Made by a program: the position numbers and the translations under genes. From assembly GCA_016213925.1 (NCBI GenBank), contig JACQZH010000054.1, forward strand, positions 1-14,492: a stretch of DNA of 14,492 bases, read 5' to 3'. This stretch comes from Candidatus Omnitrophota bacterium (GTDB lineage Bacteria > Omnitrophota > Gorgyraeia > B26-G9). A model generated the notes under the pieces. The model was given only the letters and a program-made list of their open reading frames with translations. It had not been told where the DNA came from and made no database searches. Shown in pieces: positions 13,818 to 14,492 of this stretch. Within the stretch, counting starts at the first letter, position 1. Each line of letters begins with the position of its first letter.

Positions 13818-14252
13818 TTATTTAATGAACAATGAAACAATACTCACAGTAAAGCATAAAATACTCATTAGAGAAAAAATAACTATGCCCATATCAAACG
13901 TCGAGAAAGAAAAATTACCGATCTTGCAACAATAAGCGATGTCTGACTCTGCGGGATTTAAAGGGTTAAATAGGATTTCAATAACATCGCCCTTTTTATA
14001 CTTATTCGGATTTATCCCAATAGACGGAGTTCCGCTGTATTGCCTGCCCTCATAGGAGTATTTATATTGGGGATAGTAGGCGCTGCCGCTTTCAATAAGC
14101 GGTTCGCAAGAGATTTCGCAGACAACAGCTTGGGCTTTTTCCCACTGGCTTAGTTTTTTCTTTTTATTTTTAAAATAATTTACCAGGATAAGCGGCATAA
14201 ACCCGCCGAAAAAAAACATTACAAAAAAGATTGTTTGTGTTGACTGGTTCAT
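13818..14252 (-). CDS. Small two-TM membrane protein, DUF3592-like (assignment tentative)
   Basis: 144 aa. N-terminal TM (IFFVMFFFGGFMPLILV) and C-terminal TM (MGIVIFSLMSILCFTVSIVSLF) flank a domain of about 90 aa that is probably beta-rich (QWEKAQAVVCEISCEP...GDVIEILFNPLNP). This architecture is recalled for DUF3592. A weak SD AGGT sits 9 nt upstream. The heptamer-periodic repeat with an ATCAGCTA half-site lies immediately upstream. Confidence 0.55.
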   Translation of the reverse strand: MNQSTQTIFFVMFFFGGFMPLILVNYFKNKKKKLSQWEKAQAVVCEISCEPLIESGSAYYPQYKYSYEGRQYSGTPSIGINPNKYKKGDVIEILFNPLNPAESDIAYCCKIGNFSFSTFDMGIVIFSLMSILCFTVSIVSLFIK

Positions 14253-14262
14253 ATTAATTACC

Positions 14263-14346
14263 TAGTATAGTCGATGGATTATCAGCCATCAGCTAATTTT
14301 CGTCCTTCGTCCCTCGGGTTACTATGAACTCATGAACTATGAGCTC
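14263..14346. repeat. Heptamer-periodic intergenic repeat related to the 10945-11014 tract. Shares ATAGTCGATGG and ATCAGCTA, and carries an exact tandem TTCGTCC duplication.
   Basis: agtatag|tcgatgg|attatca|gccatca|gctaatt|ttcgtcc|ttcgtcc|ctcgggt, then ATGAACTcATGAACT. The 11-mer atagtcgatgg plus ATCAGCTA 9-10 nt later matches 10975-11003. cttcgtccctcgg matches 6277-6289. It starts 10 nt upstream of the 13818..14252 start codon. Confidence 0.45.
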
Positions 14347-14492
14347 GCTCTACATTTGCTTCAAACACGCCTTTGACAAGCTCACTAGAGAAATACTGCA
14401 AATCAACTTTATACTTTTCTGCTTTCATAAAATAAATATTTCTTTGTCTTCTAATATCTTTACATTTTTAAACAAGCCGGGATATTTTGGGG

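Noticed and set aside
14329-14428. Apparent small minus-strand ORF starting at ATG 14428-14426 downstream of the window's last gene
   Set aside because: On careful re-translation it is only 14 codons (MKAEKYKVDFAVFL*). My first longer reading dropped a base. There is no SD and no support.

Overview
Low-GC bacterial window (AT-rich, Shine-Dalgarno motifs present) in which every supportable gene lies on the minus strand. The plus-strand ORFs in the track look like antisense shadows of those genes. From high to low coordinates: (a) a small DUF3592-like membrane protein, a secreted LpqC/PHB-depolymerase-type alpha/beta-hydrolase, and two tandem paralogous polytopic membrane proteins; (b) a 1511-aa protein with a signal peptide, a large unknown N-terminal domain, an internal TM helix, a lysine-rich linker and a C-terminal Upf1/DNA2-like SF1 helicase whose Walker A motif is atypical (GTAKT); (c) a PAS-GGDEF diguanylate cyclase; (d) thiM (hydroxyethylthiazole kinase) with a sigma70-like promoter and no TPP riboswitch; (e) a KefB-like CPA2 cation:proton antiporter split by a frameshift near an A6 homopolymer; (f) a flotillin/SPFH protein; (g) a bidirectional terminator; (h) the 5' part of a secreted HEAT-like/YD-like repeat protein. 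The best candidate for a new system is the membrane-anchored giant helicase with its neighbouring c-di-GMP cyclase. A mosaic repeat family with 7-bp periodicity and embedded palindromes sits in three to four intergenic regions upstream of minus-strand genes, and is worth a second look. No rRNA, tRNA, CRISPR array, transposase or integrase was recognised.
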